Origin: Corynebacterium glutamicum ATCC 13032
GTDB lineage: Bacteria > Actinomycetota > Actinomycetes > Mycobacteriales > Mycobacteriaceae
Length of the DNA stretch: 32,000 nt
Assembly: GCF_000011325.1 (NCBI RefSeq)
Contig: NC_003450.3
Location: 1,590,001 to 1,622,000 of the forward strand
Direction: 5' to 3'
Shown here: positions 8,679 to 17,657 of the stretch, in pieces
Layout of the letters: every line of letters starts with the position of its first letter
How positions within the stretch are numbered: position 1 is the stretch's first letter
Made by a program: the position numbers and the translations under genes
Notes under the pieces: model-generated
What the model saw: only the letters and a program-made list of their open reading frames with translations
Told to the model about the DNA's origin: nothing
Databases searched by the model: none

Positions 8679-9617
8679 ATGGTCGGTTCAAGTGGTTTGC
8701 GGGTATCCAGGCTCGGTTTGGGCACCTCAACATGGGGCTCGGGCACCGAGCTGGCTGAGGCAGGCGATATCTTTAAGGCGTTCATCAATTCTGGTGGCAC
8801 GCTTATCGACGTCTCCCCCAACTACACCACCGGCGTCGCGGAAGAAATGCTCGGCACGATGTTGGATGCGGAAGTCTCTCGTTCGGCTGTCGTCATTTCC
8901 TCCAGCGCAGGTGTCAACCCCGCTCTGCCGCTCGGCCGACGTGTGGATTGCTCCCGCCGCAATTTGATTGCCCAATTAGATGTCACCCTGCGGGCATTAA
9001 ACACTGACTATTTGGATTTGTGGTCTGTGGGCTATTGGGATGAGGGCACCCCACCGCATGAGGTGGCCGATACTTTGGATTACGCCGTGCGCACCGGCCG
9101 AGTCCGATATGCCGGTGTCCGAGGATATTCCGGTTGGCAGTTAGCGGTCACCCACGCTGCATCCAATCATGCAGCGGCCTCCGCCCGCCCCGTGGTCGTT
9201 GCACAAAATGAATACAGCCTGCTGGAACGCCGCGCAGAACAAGAACTCCTCCCTGCCACCCAACACCTAGGTGTCGGATTCTTTGCTGGCGCTCCGCTGG
9301 GGCAAGGCGTGCTGACTGCTAAATACCGCTCCGAAATTCCCCATGATTCCAGAGCTGCATCCACAGGACGCGACGCAGAAGTCCAAAGCTACCTAGATAA
9401 TCGAGGCCGCATCATTGTCGATGCTCTTGATACTGCAGCCAAAGGATTAGGCATTAGCCCCGCTGTCACAGCCACCACCTGGGTGCGTGATCGTCCCGGA
9501 GTGACAGCTGTCATCGTGGGCGCTCGCACACATGAACAGCTGTCACATCTTCTCAAGGCGGAATCGGTGACTTTGCCAACACCAATCACACAAGCCCTTG
9601 ATGATGTCTCCCTGTGA
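8679..9617 (+). CDS. Aldo/keto reductase family oxidoreductase
   Basis: MVGSSGLRVSRLGLGTSTWG... is a typical AKR N-terminus. Start trimmed to ATG 8679 (GTG 8667 also possible), because the 8535 start would overlap the uppP coding region. Confidence 0.85.
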   Translation: MVGSSGLRVSRLGLGTSTWGSGTELAEAGDIFKAFINSGGTLIDVSPNYTTGVAEEMLGTMLDAEVSRSAVVISSSAGVNPALPLGRRVDCSRRNLIAQLDVTLRALNTDYLDLWSVGYWDEGTPPHEVADTLDYAVRTGRVRYAGVRGYSGWQLAVTHAASNHAAASARPVVVAQNEYSLLERRAEQELLPATQHLGVGFFAGAPLGQGVLTAKYRSEIPHDSRAASTGRDAEVQSYLDNRGRIIVDALDTAAKGLGISPAVTATTWVRDRPGVTAVIVGARTHEQLSHLLKAESVTLPTPITQALDDVSL

Positions 9618-9654
9618 CTTGGTCCAATTACATTCACTGGTAATCTGAAACCTT

Positions 9655-10680
9655 GTGAATATGCGCCGTCGATCCCGTGTGTCCCGTTTGCTTCCCGCCA
9701 CAGCTTTGCTGGCCTCAACTGCACTTCTTTTAAGTGCATGTACGCAAGGGGTAACGGACTCCCCGGATATGGGCAAGGCAACTCCCGCTGTCTCCCCCGC
9801 AGCAAGCAACCCGGATGGCCAAGTAATTGAGTTCGGCAACATCACTGACATGGAAGTCACTGATGGTGACATCCTCGGTGTACGCACCGAAGACGCACTC
9901 GCTATTGGTACAGTCTCCGACTTCGAAGCGGGTAGCCAGGTGGAACTGGACGTCGATAAGCAATGCGGCGACCTGACCGCAACCGGCGGCACTTTCGTGC
10001 TCCCCTGCGCCGATGGCGTTTATTTGATTGATGCCAAGGACCCGGATCTGGATGAGTTGCGTGCAACTGACAAGCCAGTCACGGTGGCAGCCTTGACCAG
10101 CGATGATCAGCTTCTGGTGGGCAATGGTGAAGATGAAGAACTCACCATCTACCGCGAGGGCGAAGAGCCAGAAACCTTCACCGTCGCGGGTCCCAATACC
10201 CAGCTCATCGCCGTTCCTGTCATTGATCGCCACGACGCCGTTGTGCGCACCTGGAACGAAAACACCACGATTCAAGATGTGGACTACCCCAACGACCGTG
10301 AAGGCGCGACCCTTCGCGTGGGACTCGGCGTTGGTCAAATGGCTGGTGGCGAAGACGGCCTGCTGGTGGTCTCTGATGAAATGGGTGGCCAAATTGCCAT
10401 CTACAACGCTGATGATGTCATCCGACTTCAAATGACCGCCCCCACCGACGAGAACCCATGGGCCGTTGCCTGGGATTCTTCCAACGCGCTCGCCTGGATC
10501 ACCTCACTGACCGAAAACACCCTGGTCGGATACAAAATCTCTGAAGGCGTGCCTGAGGAAGAACAGCGCTTAAACACCATCGCAGACGCGCAAAACCTCG
10601 TGGTATTAAGCGATTCCACCCTCGTCGTAGCATCCGCAACCGGCGACGGCATCCAAATCATCGACAACCCAGCATCTTAA
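9655..10680 (+). CDS. Putative secreted lipoprotein with repeated beta-strand-rich modules (beta-propeller-like)
   Basis: Signal peptide with lipobox LLSAC at the N-terminus ([32 protein letters not shown]). The mature part is acidic and repetitive. Confidence 0.8.
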   Translation: MNMRRRSRVSRLLPATALLASTALLLSACTQGVTDSPDMGKATPAVSPAASNPDGQVIEFGNITDMEVTDGDILGVRTEDALAIGTVSDFEAGSQVELDVDKQCGDLTATGGTFVLPCADGVYLIDAKDPDLDELRATDKPVTVAALTSDDQLLVGNGEDEELTIYREGEEPETFTVAGPNTQLIAVPVIDRHDAVVRTWNENTTIQDVDYPNDREGATLRVGLGVGQMAGGEDGLLVVSDEMGGQIAIYNADDVIRLQMTAPTDENPWAVAWDSSNALAWITSLTENTLVGYKISEGVPEEEQRLNTIADAQNLVVLSDSTLVVASATGDGIQIIDNPAS

Positions 10681-10691
10681 AAAGGACACCC

Positions 10692-11807
10692 ATGAGCAAG
10701 CAATCCCCCACCCGCAAGCTGCGTCAAACCGTCTACGATGCCAGCCTCAAAGTGATGTTCACCCTGCGCCCCGAACGCATCCACGGGATAATGAACAAAG
10801 CACTCGGAGTCGTCGACGGCGTCGCACCTCTAAACCGCACCATGGAAAAAATCATCGCAGTGCACGATGATTCCCTCTCCCAGGAAGTCTTCGGCGTCAC
10901 CTTCCCACGACCACTAGGCCTCGCCGCAGGTTTCGACAAAAACGCATCAATGGCTGATGCCTGGGGTGCCGTTGGATTCGGATACGCCGAACTTGGCACC
11001 GTCACCGCCTCCCCACAGCCAGGAAACCCCACCCCGCGCCTTTTCCGCCTGCCTGCCGACAAAGCTATCTTGAACCGCATGGGATTCAACAACCTGGGTG
11101 CAGCAGAAGTCGCAAAAAACCTGCGCAACCGGAAATCCACCGATGTCATCGGCATCAACATCGGTAAAACCAAAGTGGTTCCCGCTGAACACGCAGTAGA
11201 TGACTACCGCCGTTCTGCATCTTTGTTAGGTGATCTTGCTGATTACCTGGTTGTCAACGTTTCCTCCCCCAACACTCCGGGTCTCCGCGATCTGCAGGCT
11301 GTGGAATCTTTGCGACCAATCCTCGCCGCAGTGCAGGAATCCACCACCGTCCCAGTCTTGGTGAAAATCGCACCAGACCTCTCCGACGAAGACATCGACG
11401 CCGTAGCTGACCTGGCAGTTGAGCTCAAACTCGCCGGAATCGTAGCCACCAATACCACCATTTCCCGCGAAGGCCTCAACACTCCTTCAGGTGAAGTCGA
11501 AGCCATGGGTGCTGGCGGAATCTCCGGTGCTCCAGTAGCAGCCCGATCTTTGGAGGTACTCAAGCGCCTCTACGCACGGGTAGGCAAAGAGATGGTGTTG
11601 ATCTCTGTCGGTGGCATCAGCACCCCTGAGCAAGCCTGGGAACGCATCACCTCCGGCGCAACCCTTCTGCAGGGATACACCCCATTCATCTACGGTGGCC
11701 CCGATTGGATCAGAGATATCCACCTTGGTATCGCCAAGCAGCTGAAAGCTCACGGTCTGCGCAACATCGCTGACGCTGTGGGCAGCGAATTGGAGTGGAA
11801 GAACTAA
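10692..11807 (+). CDS. pyrD: Dihydroorotate dehydrogenase (quinone), class 2
   Basis: [30 protein letters not shown] and GVGGI motifs. N-terminal extension typical of membrane-associated class 2 enzymes. Confidence 0.95.
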   Translation: MSKQSPTRKLRQTVYDASLKVMFTLRPERIHGIMNKALGVVDGVAPLNRTMEKIIAVHDDSLSQEVFGVTFPRPLGLAAGFDKNASMADAWGAVGFGYAELGTVTASPQPGNPTPRLFRLPADKAILNRMGFNNLGAAEVAKNLRNRKSTDVIGINIGKTKVVPAEHAVDDYRRSASLLGDLADYLVVNVSSPNTPGLRDLQAVESLRPILAAVQESTTVPVLVKIAPDLSDEDIDAVADLAVELKLAGIVATNTTISREGLNTPSGEVEAMGAGGISGAPVAARSLEVLKRLYARVGKEMVLISVGGISTPEQAWERITSGATLLQGYTPFIYGGPDWIRDIHLGIAKQLKAHGLRNIADAVGSELEWKN

Positions 11808-11816
11808 ACAGACCAA

Positions 11817-11864
11817 ACACACGTGCCAGGATCTTGCTGAAACAGCGGATCTTGGCACGTGTGT
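11817..11864. terminator. 17-bp stem hairpin between convergent pyrD and the 117-aa gene
   Basis: ACACACGTGCCAGGATC ... GATCTTGGCACGTGTGT (one G-U pair), followed by CTGTCTTTTGTCTG on the plus strand. Confidence 0.7.
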
Positions 11865-11927
11865 CTGTCTTTTGTCTGTTCTGGTGCCTCACATGCCGCT
11901 TTGGACTTACAACTTCAAAGACGTACT

Positions 11928-12281
11928 TTATTGCACAAAACGAACATTGAGTCCATAAAATCTCCATTTTGAGAACACCGCAAAATCAGGCAATTCTGCA
12001 CGGAGCGCGCTTTCAATAATGTCACCTTGCGCTACCCACGACTCAACATCAGATCCAGCTTTCCACTGCGGACGCCCTTTGGGAGCATCTTCGACATCAA
12101 CAAAATTTGCTAACCAGTAGCGAGTCCACAGCTGGATTTTTTCACTCAACTCGTTCGATAAACCTAATTCATCAGGATACGTCACAAACCGTACCCCTTT
12201 CCTCGGAAATGGCACCTTGTCCGCCCACAGCGAGTTTCGGATTCCATATTCGAGATTTAAATATAGAGTTGGCTTCTTCAT
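11928..12281 (-). CDS. Hypothetical protein (117 aa), AT-rich orphan
   Basis: Complete ORF that is visibly more AT-rich than its neighbours. No motif recognised. Confidence 0.55.
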   Translation of the reverse strand: MKKPTLYLNLEYGIRNSLWADKVPFPRKGVRFVTYPDELGLSNELSEKIQLWTRYWLANFVDVEDAPKGRPQWKAGSDVESWVAQGDIIESALRAELPDFAVFSKWRFYGLNVRFVQ

Positions 12282-12659
12282 TGTGAATCATCCCCTAAGC
12301 GTGAACCACAGGCATTCCAGTCACCTGATTCTGGCTCATCACCAGCTCACGCAGTAACAACAGTATTCATCGACGAAACCACCTCAACGCTACTAGTCGA
12401 TCAAAGGCTTTTTAACGGGTCGAGATTCTGGGTTAGGTGTTTGTATGGCGTTGTGGGTTTGAGGCCCTCAGAGACGATTCTGGAAGGCCACTTTCTTTTG
12501 ATCCTGGCGGCGATTTTTCGGTGCTTGGTAGCGGAATGTCAATCGAGACCAAGCGTCCCCCGGCGGGTCGATTTTTTGGTCTCGAATGACAGTTTCGCTC
12601 TCTGGAAACTCTCAGTGTCAGGTCAGTGGTGAACCACCATCCTTAGCAAGGAGTTCATC

Positions 12660-13469
12660 ATGTCCATCCCCTTCTCAGTCCTTCAGGACTACCTGGATCT
12701 GATCAGTCCCGAAGCCTTACCCCAGATCCCACAGCCCCCGGCCCCTGCCCCCACAGCACCCCAGCTACCACCGGCGCCGGACCCACACAGCATCGAGTGG
12801 CCGATCTTCCCACCAGATCGAATCTCCGCCAACGGGCGACGCTACTACGAGCCACAAACACGACTCGAGTTCATGCGGATCTACACCACCCTGCCGCACG
12901 GCTACCGCCAGCCCTTCCTTAAAGCCAACAACATCGGCCACTGCACCGTTCGAACCTGGCTAGCAGCAATAAGCACCTTCAGCCGACTTCCCCATGCTTT
13001 TGATGATGCCCACCGCTTCGGGATCGAACGCACCACCCCAGTCGACGATGTCACCACACTAACGGCTGATGACAAACGTGACCTGGTCATAGGATACTTA
13101 GCTCAACCACACGGTCAGGGCCAGCAATTCCTCACGTTTTACCAACTCCGTAAGCACACCATCATGGCCTGGTGCGCCGCTATGACCGACGGGGACTTAG
13201 ACGCTGATATCTCACCCCGCCAGATCGGGTTGATGACCACCCGAACCGTGGTCGAAATCGTTCGACTACGCCACATGATTGCCCAACAACTAGAAAGAGC
13301 CACGATCATGGAAAACGAGTACCTCAAAGAAATCGCAGCGCTGAAGAAAGAACTCGCGCACTACAAGCAAAAAGACCATCAGAATCAAATGGTGATCGAT
13401 ATCTTGGGAAAAGCTATTGGGACCAGGCCCAATCCTGGCGAGGGCTTAGACGAGGAGGACGCCACCTAA
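12660..13469 (+). CDS. IS OrfA: DNA-binding transposase subunit (269 aa) with a Pro-rich N-terminus, two HTH-like repeats and a C-terminal coiled coil
   Basis: RBS AAGGAG at 12648. Repeat 1 is RLEFMRIYTTLPHGYRQPFLKANNIGHCTVRTWLAAI. Repeat 2 is KRDLVIGYLAQPHGQGQQFLTFYQLRKHTIMAWCAAM. The heptad-like tail is ENEYLKEIAALKKELAHYKQK. Confidence 0.8.
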   Translation: MSIPFSVLQDYLDLISPEALPQIPQPPAPAPTAPQLPPAPDPHSIEWPIFPPDRISANGRRYYEPQTRLEFMRIYTTLPHGYRQPFLKANNIGHCTVRTWLAAISTFSRLPHAFDDAHRFGIERTTPVDDVTTLTADDKRDLVIGYLAQPHGQGQQFLTFYQLRKHTIMAWCAAMTDGDLDADISPRQIGLMTTRTVVEIVRLRHMIAQQLERATIMENEYLKEIAALKKELAHYKQKDHQNQMVIDILGKAIGTRPNPGEGLDEEDAT

Positions 13470-13471
13470 AC

Positions 13472-14632
13472 GTGGATGAGCAACGCGCCTTTGATCAAGG
13501 ACTCAAGGAAGAAAACACCTTGATCACAGATCTCACCACCTGTGCCAGGCTGAGCCATAACAAGGCATTACGGCTGATCAAGCTGTCGAAATCAACGGCG
13601 TATTACCGCAACAAGCCGCGTCCCCGTCCTGCACCGAAACCTGTCCTGCAGGCCGTGCCAGCACCAACAGCACCTGGTGTGGAACCCACACCAGAGCCTT
13701 GGCAGGGGAAGGAGCCAGCAGTGTCGTCGGTGCGTCAAGCGTTGGCAGAACACGAACGCCAGTTCATTGTTGATGCGATCACCGCGTACCCACAACTGAG
13801 CGTTAGTGGGGTGTTTAACATGTTGTTTAACAAAGGCATCTACCGCGCATCACTACGTACATGGTGGCGTGTTGCCAAGCAGCACAAGTTGTTACACAAA
13901 GACCGAGTCAGTGCCCTGTCCCCGGGGAAACGATCACCAACGCCACGGGTTAAGCCGAGGTTGGAAGCAACACAGCCTGGTCAGGTGGTGTGTTGGGATG
14001 TGACGTTCTTGCCGTCGCTGGTACGTGGTAAGACCTATGCGTTGCATCTGGCGATTGATTTGTTTTCCCGCAAGATTGTTGGGGCGAAGGTCGCGCCGAC
14101 GGAAAATACCTCCACCGCGGTGGAGTTGTTAACGCAGGTGTTAGCGGATAATCCGGGTGTGGTGACGGTGCATTCGGATAATGGGTCGGCGATGACATCG
14201 ACGAGGGTGCGGCGGTTGTTAGCGGATCATGGTGTGGCGTTGTCGTTGATTCGGCCGCGGGTGAGTGATGATAATGCGTTTGTGGAGTCGGTGTTTCATA
14301 CGTTGAAGTATCGGCCGTTTTATCCGAAGGTGTTTGCATCGATGGATCAGGCCCGGGTGTGGGTGGAGGAGTTTGTGGTGTATTACAACACGGTTCATCC
14401 GCATTCTGGTGTGGCTGGGCATACTCCGCAGTCGGTGTTTGATGGTAGTTGGAGGGCGGCTCATAGGTTGCGTGTGCAGGCGTTGGATGCCCATTACCGG
14501 CAGTTCCCGCAGCGGTATGTGGGGCGGCCGGTGGTTCAGGAAGTTGCTGGTGTGGTGCGTCTTAATGGTGCGCGTGATGATGGGTCTGTACAGGAGAGGG
14601 TTGGTGGTGTAGCGTCGCTGTTAAGTGCTTGA
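13472..14632 (+). CDS. IS OrfB: DDE (rve) transposase catalytic subunit
   Basis: WDVTFL (first D), VHSDNGSAMTS (second D) and SDDNAFVESVFHTLKY (E). The upstream part has the SKSTAYY-type HTH typical of IS3-family OrfB. Its frame is -1 relative to OrfA and is open from 13208. Confidence 0.85.
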   Translation: MDEQRAFDQGLKEENTLITDLTTCARLSHNKALRLIKLSKSTAYYRNKPRPRPAPKPVLQAVPAPTAPGVEPTPEPWQGKEPAVSSVRQALAEHERQFIVDAITAYPQLSVSGVFNMLFNKGIYRASLRTWWRVAKQHKLLHKDRVSALSPGKRSPTPRVKPRLEATQPGQVVCWDVTFLPSLVRGKTYALHLAIDLFSRKIVGAKVAPTENTSTAVELLTQVLADNPGVVTVHSDNGSAMTSTRVRRLLADHGVALSLIRPRVSDDNAFVESVFHTLKYRPFYPKVFASMDQARVWVEEFVVYYNTVHPHSGVAGHTPQSVFDGSWRAAHRLRVQALDAHYRQFPQRYVGRPVVQEVAGVVRLNGARDDGSVQERVGGVASLLSA

Positions 14633-14777
14633 GTTAGCATGTGTTCTTATCGCCCCCCTGGTTCACAAACCCCTGGCAGCGAGCGGAAAAGTGCATTTTT
14701 AGGCCAAGGGCCCTCGGATCTTCGAGCGCTTTGGTCTCTTTTGCACGTCTGACCGAACCAGATCACCTAGAAACGCC

Positions 14778-14812
14778 AAAGGCCCCGCAAGTATCAAACC
14801 TGCGGGGCCTTT
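14778..14812. terminator. Perfect 12-bp stem hairpin AAAGGCCCCGCA / TGCGGGGCCTTT downstream of the 14827 gene
   Basis: Arms read directly. T-rich on both sides. It lies 15 nt after the minus-strand stop at 14827. Confidence 0.7.
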
Positions 14813-14826
14813 GAGGTACCTGTTTC

Positions 14827-15261
14827 CTATTTTGTTGACTTAGGAAGCTGCGCACGGCGGATAACCAAACCGCACAGCAAGGCAGCCACTCCCCACGCGG
14901 TGAGCCAGAACTGCTCCACGACATAAACCTGAATAGTTGGAAGCAAACGACTTACGATCACCAGGGCTACAGCGATGCTCAAAGAAATGATCTGTGTCTT
15001 TGAGCTTGGCTCGTACTTGCTGGTGGTAGCGAATGCGCCGAGAATGATCGAGGCAACGAGGATCAGAAGGAATCCTGGAGTGATCACAAATGGGCTCAGC
15101 ATGCCGGCGGTAAACAGCTCAATTGCTGCAAACACCAACAAAACCAGACCTAAGGCTACGAAAGCTCCACCGATGCGGATTGCTGCCGGAACTTTACGCC
15201 AGCTGGCACGGCCTTCGAGGCTGGTGAGCTTTTTTAATGATCTTCCCGATGCTGAACTCAT
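14827..15261 (-). CDS. Small integral membrane protein (144 aa, about 4 predicted TM helices)
   Basis: Hydrophobic segments GGAFVALGLVLLVFAAIELF, FLLILVASIILGAFA, IISLSIAVALVIV and LTAWGVAALLCGLVI. Start trimmed to ATG 15261 to avoid overlapping the upstream PEBP gene. Confidence 0.7.
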   Translation of the reverse strand: MSSASGRSLKKLTSLEGRASWRKVPAAIRIGGAFVALGLVLLVFAAIELFTAGMLSPFVITPGFLLILVASIILGAFATTSKYEPSSKTQIISLSIAVALVIVSRLLPTIQVYVVEQFWLTAWGVAALLCGLVIRRAQLPKSTK

Positions 15262-15277
15262 AATGTGACATACCCTA

Positions 15278-15811
15278 CTAGTTCTCGTACCATCCCCACA
15301 CAATTGACCTGCCAAGAGTGTGGAAATACAGGTTGAAGCCTAGAACAGTGGGGGTAGCGTCGGGGGCGATGTCGAGTTTTTCCACATCAAGTGCATGAAC
15401 TGCGAAGAGGTAACGGTGCGGTGCGTGGCCAGCTGGAGGTTGCGCTCCGTAGAAGCCACGCTTGCCGGAATCACCCTTGAGGGAAACTACGCCTTCGATG
15501 CCGCCGAGGGTTTCATCGCCAGCACCGGTGGGGATCTCCGTGACAGTTGTGGGGATGTTAAACACTGCCCAGTGCCAGAAACCAGCGCCGGTTGGGGCAT
15601 CTGGGTCGAGGCAGGTGATCGCGAGGGATTTGGTGCCTTCTGGAAGATCTGACCAGGACAGCTGTGGGGAAATATCGGTGCCACCGAGTTGGGCTTCGGC
15701 CAGCTTTGCACCGTTTTCCAAGTCGGTGGAGGTGAGGGTAAAGCTTGGCTTTTCACCAAGCGGTGCGTAGGGGTCTGGGCCTGGGAAACGATCGTCTTGG
15801 TAGGTGCTCAT
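15278..15811 (-). CDS. PEBP (YbhB/YbcL) family protein, 177 aa
   Basis: PEBP signatures CLDPDAPTGAGFWHW and GHAPHRYLFAVHALD. Start trimmed to ATG 15811 (MSTYQDDRF...), because the longer ORF overlaps the ABC gene end. Confidence 0.85.
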   Translation of the reverse strand: MSTYQDDRFPGPDPYAPLGEKPSFTLTSTDLENGAKLAEAQLGGTDISPQLSWSDLPEGTKSLAITCLDPDAPTGAGFWHWAVFNIPTTVTEIPTGAGDETLGGIEGVVSLKGDSGKRGFYGAQPPAGHAPHRYLFAVHALDVEKLDIAPDATPTVLGFNLYFHTLGRSIVWGWYEN

Positions 15812-15857
15812 GTCTTCGTTTCTACCCCAAATCTCTAGAGTTTGTGGTGGATTTGAA

Positions 15858-17657
15858 CTATTGAGCACTCCATCGTTGATACAGCTGCGCGTAGCGGCCC
15901 TCAAAAGCAAGTAATTCCTGGTGAGTGCCGTCTTCGGTGATTGTGCCTTGTTCCATCACGATGATGCGATCTGCGACAACTGCTTGGTCAAGGCGGTGCG
16001 CAACAACCAAGGTGGTGCGGTTTCGTGCGATTTCTGTGGCGGCTTTTTCCAACATGCGGGCATCATCGCTGCCGGCTTCACTGGTGGCTTCATCCATGAT
16101 CAACACAGGTGGATTGCGGAGCACGATGCGGGCAAGAGAGATTTGCTGTTGGATTTCAGGGGTGAGTTCTTCTGCGCCGGCGCCAATTTTGGTGTCTAAT
16201 CCGGATGGAAAGAAACGTCGAAAAGCAGTTGTCATTTGCCCGAGCCCGACCGACTCGAGCGCTGCGTGGAGCTGCGCGTCGGTGGCGTGCGCATTGGCCA
16301 TGCGAAGATCCTCTGCCAGAGTGCCTGCGAAAAGGTGGACTTCCTGGCTGATCAGCGCAACCTGGCGGGTAGTCCACGTGTCGGTGACGGTGGCGGTGTT
16401 GATGCCCCCGACCAAAACGGCGCCGGAATCAGGGCGCTGCAGCCCCGCAATGACGCCCGCGAGCGTGGATTTTCCCGCACCAGAAGTACCGACCAGCGCT
16501 GTGGTTGTTCCTGCTTCCAAGACCAGATTGAAATCCTCCAAAATGGCCACGCCGCCGGGATATTTAAACGTCACGTCCTGCACAGTCACGGAGGGTGGTT
16601 CTGTGCAATCGGCAGACTCAGACAGCTGTTCGGTGCGACGAGCCATCTGGGCAAGGGACACCGCGCGACCAAGAGAAGTAGACGCACTCTGAATTTCCGA
16701 TGCGAAGAACAGCACGTTGAACACGTGAATTTCCATGCGCACAACCACGAAAACTGCTGCCGTTGCCGCTCCAATGCTCATCGCATCCTGGGCAACCCAA
16801 AACGCACTGAGCCCAAACACGCCAATTAGCAGCAGGCCATAAGCAATCGAACCAAGGGCGAGCAGACGAGTGAAAATCGGCGCGCGATCAGCTGTTGCTT
16901 GCACCGCAGTCCACGACGCTTGGCGCATCCGCTGCACACCCCACGCACCGAGCTTGAGCACACGCAGTGTTTCAATGCCACGGATCGTATCGAGGAGCAG
17001 ATTGTTTCGACGCGCCTCCGTACTGGACACAATATTTGTTGCCGAAGGAATAGCTCGCACGGCTTTCCGACCGCTGGGAATCAGCACCACAATCACTGCG
17101 ATGAACAGGATCACAAAGGTCCAGTGAATGGTCATCAACGCGAACAAGGAGCTGGGCAGAATCAAAATGGTGATCACCAAACGCACACCTACCATGCCGA
17201 CGATGCGCACAGTGTTATCGATGTCTTGCGTCAGGCGGCTAATCACGTTTCCCGTGCCCAATTCCATGACATCAGGAACCGGTGCACGCAACGCCGAAGA
17301 CAGCGCAGCTTTCCGCAGATCCACCGACAGGCGACGTGCCAAGGTGTTGATCACCAATTGCAGCAGCGCGCGACCGGCAGTTTCTGCTAAAATTCCAGCG
17401 CCCACCAAACCAAGCAACCAGATCATTGCGGTCGATCCTGAACCGATCAGCGGCAACGACTGCCCATTGATCAGATCAACGGAATAGCCCAACAAGTTGG
17501 ACGTGCCGACCATCGCCACGACCGTGACCACGCTAATAACCACGAAACTCACATACCACCAGGCCTTGGGCCCCGAAGGCATCGTTTTCAGCTCACGCCA
17601 CGACTCCGCCAACGACGCCGGCTGCAGCGCATCCGCAACGCGCTCATGCTGCGCCAT
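15858..17657 (-). CDS. ABC exporter half-transporter (TMD-NBD), catalytically competent NBD with degenerate signature motif
   Basis: Six-helix type I exporter TMD. Walker A GTSGAGKST, Q-loop ISQE, Walker B VLIMDEATS, H-loop VVAHRL. The signature position reads LTPEIQQQISLAR. Confidence 0.9.
   Translation of the reverse strand: MAQHERVADALQPASLAESWRELKTMPSGPKAWWYVSFVVISVVTVVAMVGTSNLLGYSVDLINGQSLPLIGSGSTAMIWLLGLVGAGILAETAGRALLQLVINTLARRLSVDLRKAALSSALRAPVPDVMELGTGNVISRLTQDIDNTVRIVGMVGVRLVITILILPSSLFALMTIHWTFVILFIAVIVVLIPSGRKAVRAIPSATNIVSSTEARRNNLLLDTIRGIETLRVLKLGAWGVQRMRQASWTAVQATADRAPIFTRLLALGSIAYGLLLIGVFGLSAFWVAQDAMSIGAATAAVFVVVRMEIHVFNVLFFASEIQSASTSLGRAVSLAQMARRTEQLSESADCTEPPSVTVQDVTFKYPGGVAILEDFNLVLEAGTTTALVGTSGAGKSTLAGVIAGLQRPDSGAVLVGGINTATVTDTWTTRQVALISQEVHLFAGTLAEDLRMANAHATDAQLHAALESVGLGQMTTAFRRFFPSGLDTKIGAGAEELTPEIQQQISLARIVLRNPPVLIMDEATSEAGSDDARMLEKAATEIARNRTTLVVAHRLDQAVVADRIIVMEQGTITEDGTHQELLAFEGRYAQLYQRWSAQ

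Larger units (their letters stand above)
12537..14745 (+). mobile_element. IS3-type (rve/DDE) insertion sequence with two ORFs; presence is firm but the boundaries are approximate
   Basis: OrfA/OrfB pair with OrfB in the -1 frame. DDE integrase core present. Candidate TG...CA ends at 12537 and 14745 with imperfect inverted similarity (TGTCAATCGAGACCAAGCG vs the reverse complement TGCAAAAGAGACCAAAGCG). Similarity blocks extend both inward and outward of these points, and I found no clean target-site duplication. Confidence 0.55.

Noticed and set aside
12441-12632. 63-aa TTG-initiated ORF in the left flank of the IS
   Set aside because: It has no RBS and a hydrophobic, low-complexity translation. 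It spans the inverted-similarity blocks, which are better explained as IS end or flank structure.
13950-14494. Minus-strand ORFs (129 and 91 aa) inside IS OrfB
   Set aside because: They are antisense to the DDE catalytic core. The Pro/Thr/His-rich translations are typical shadow frames.
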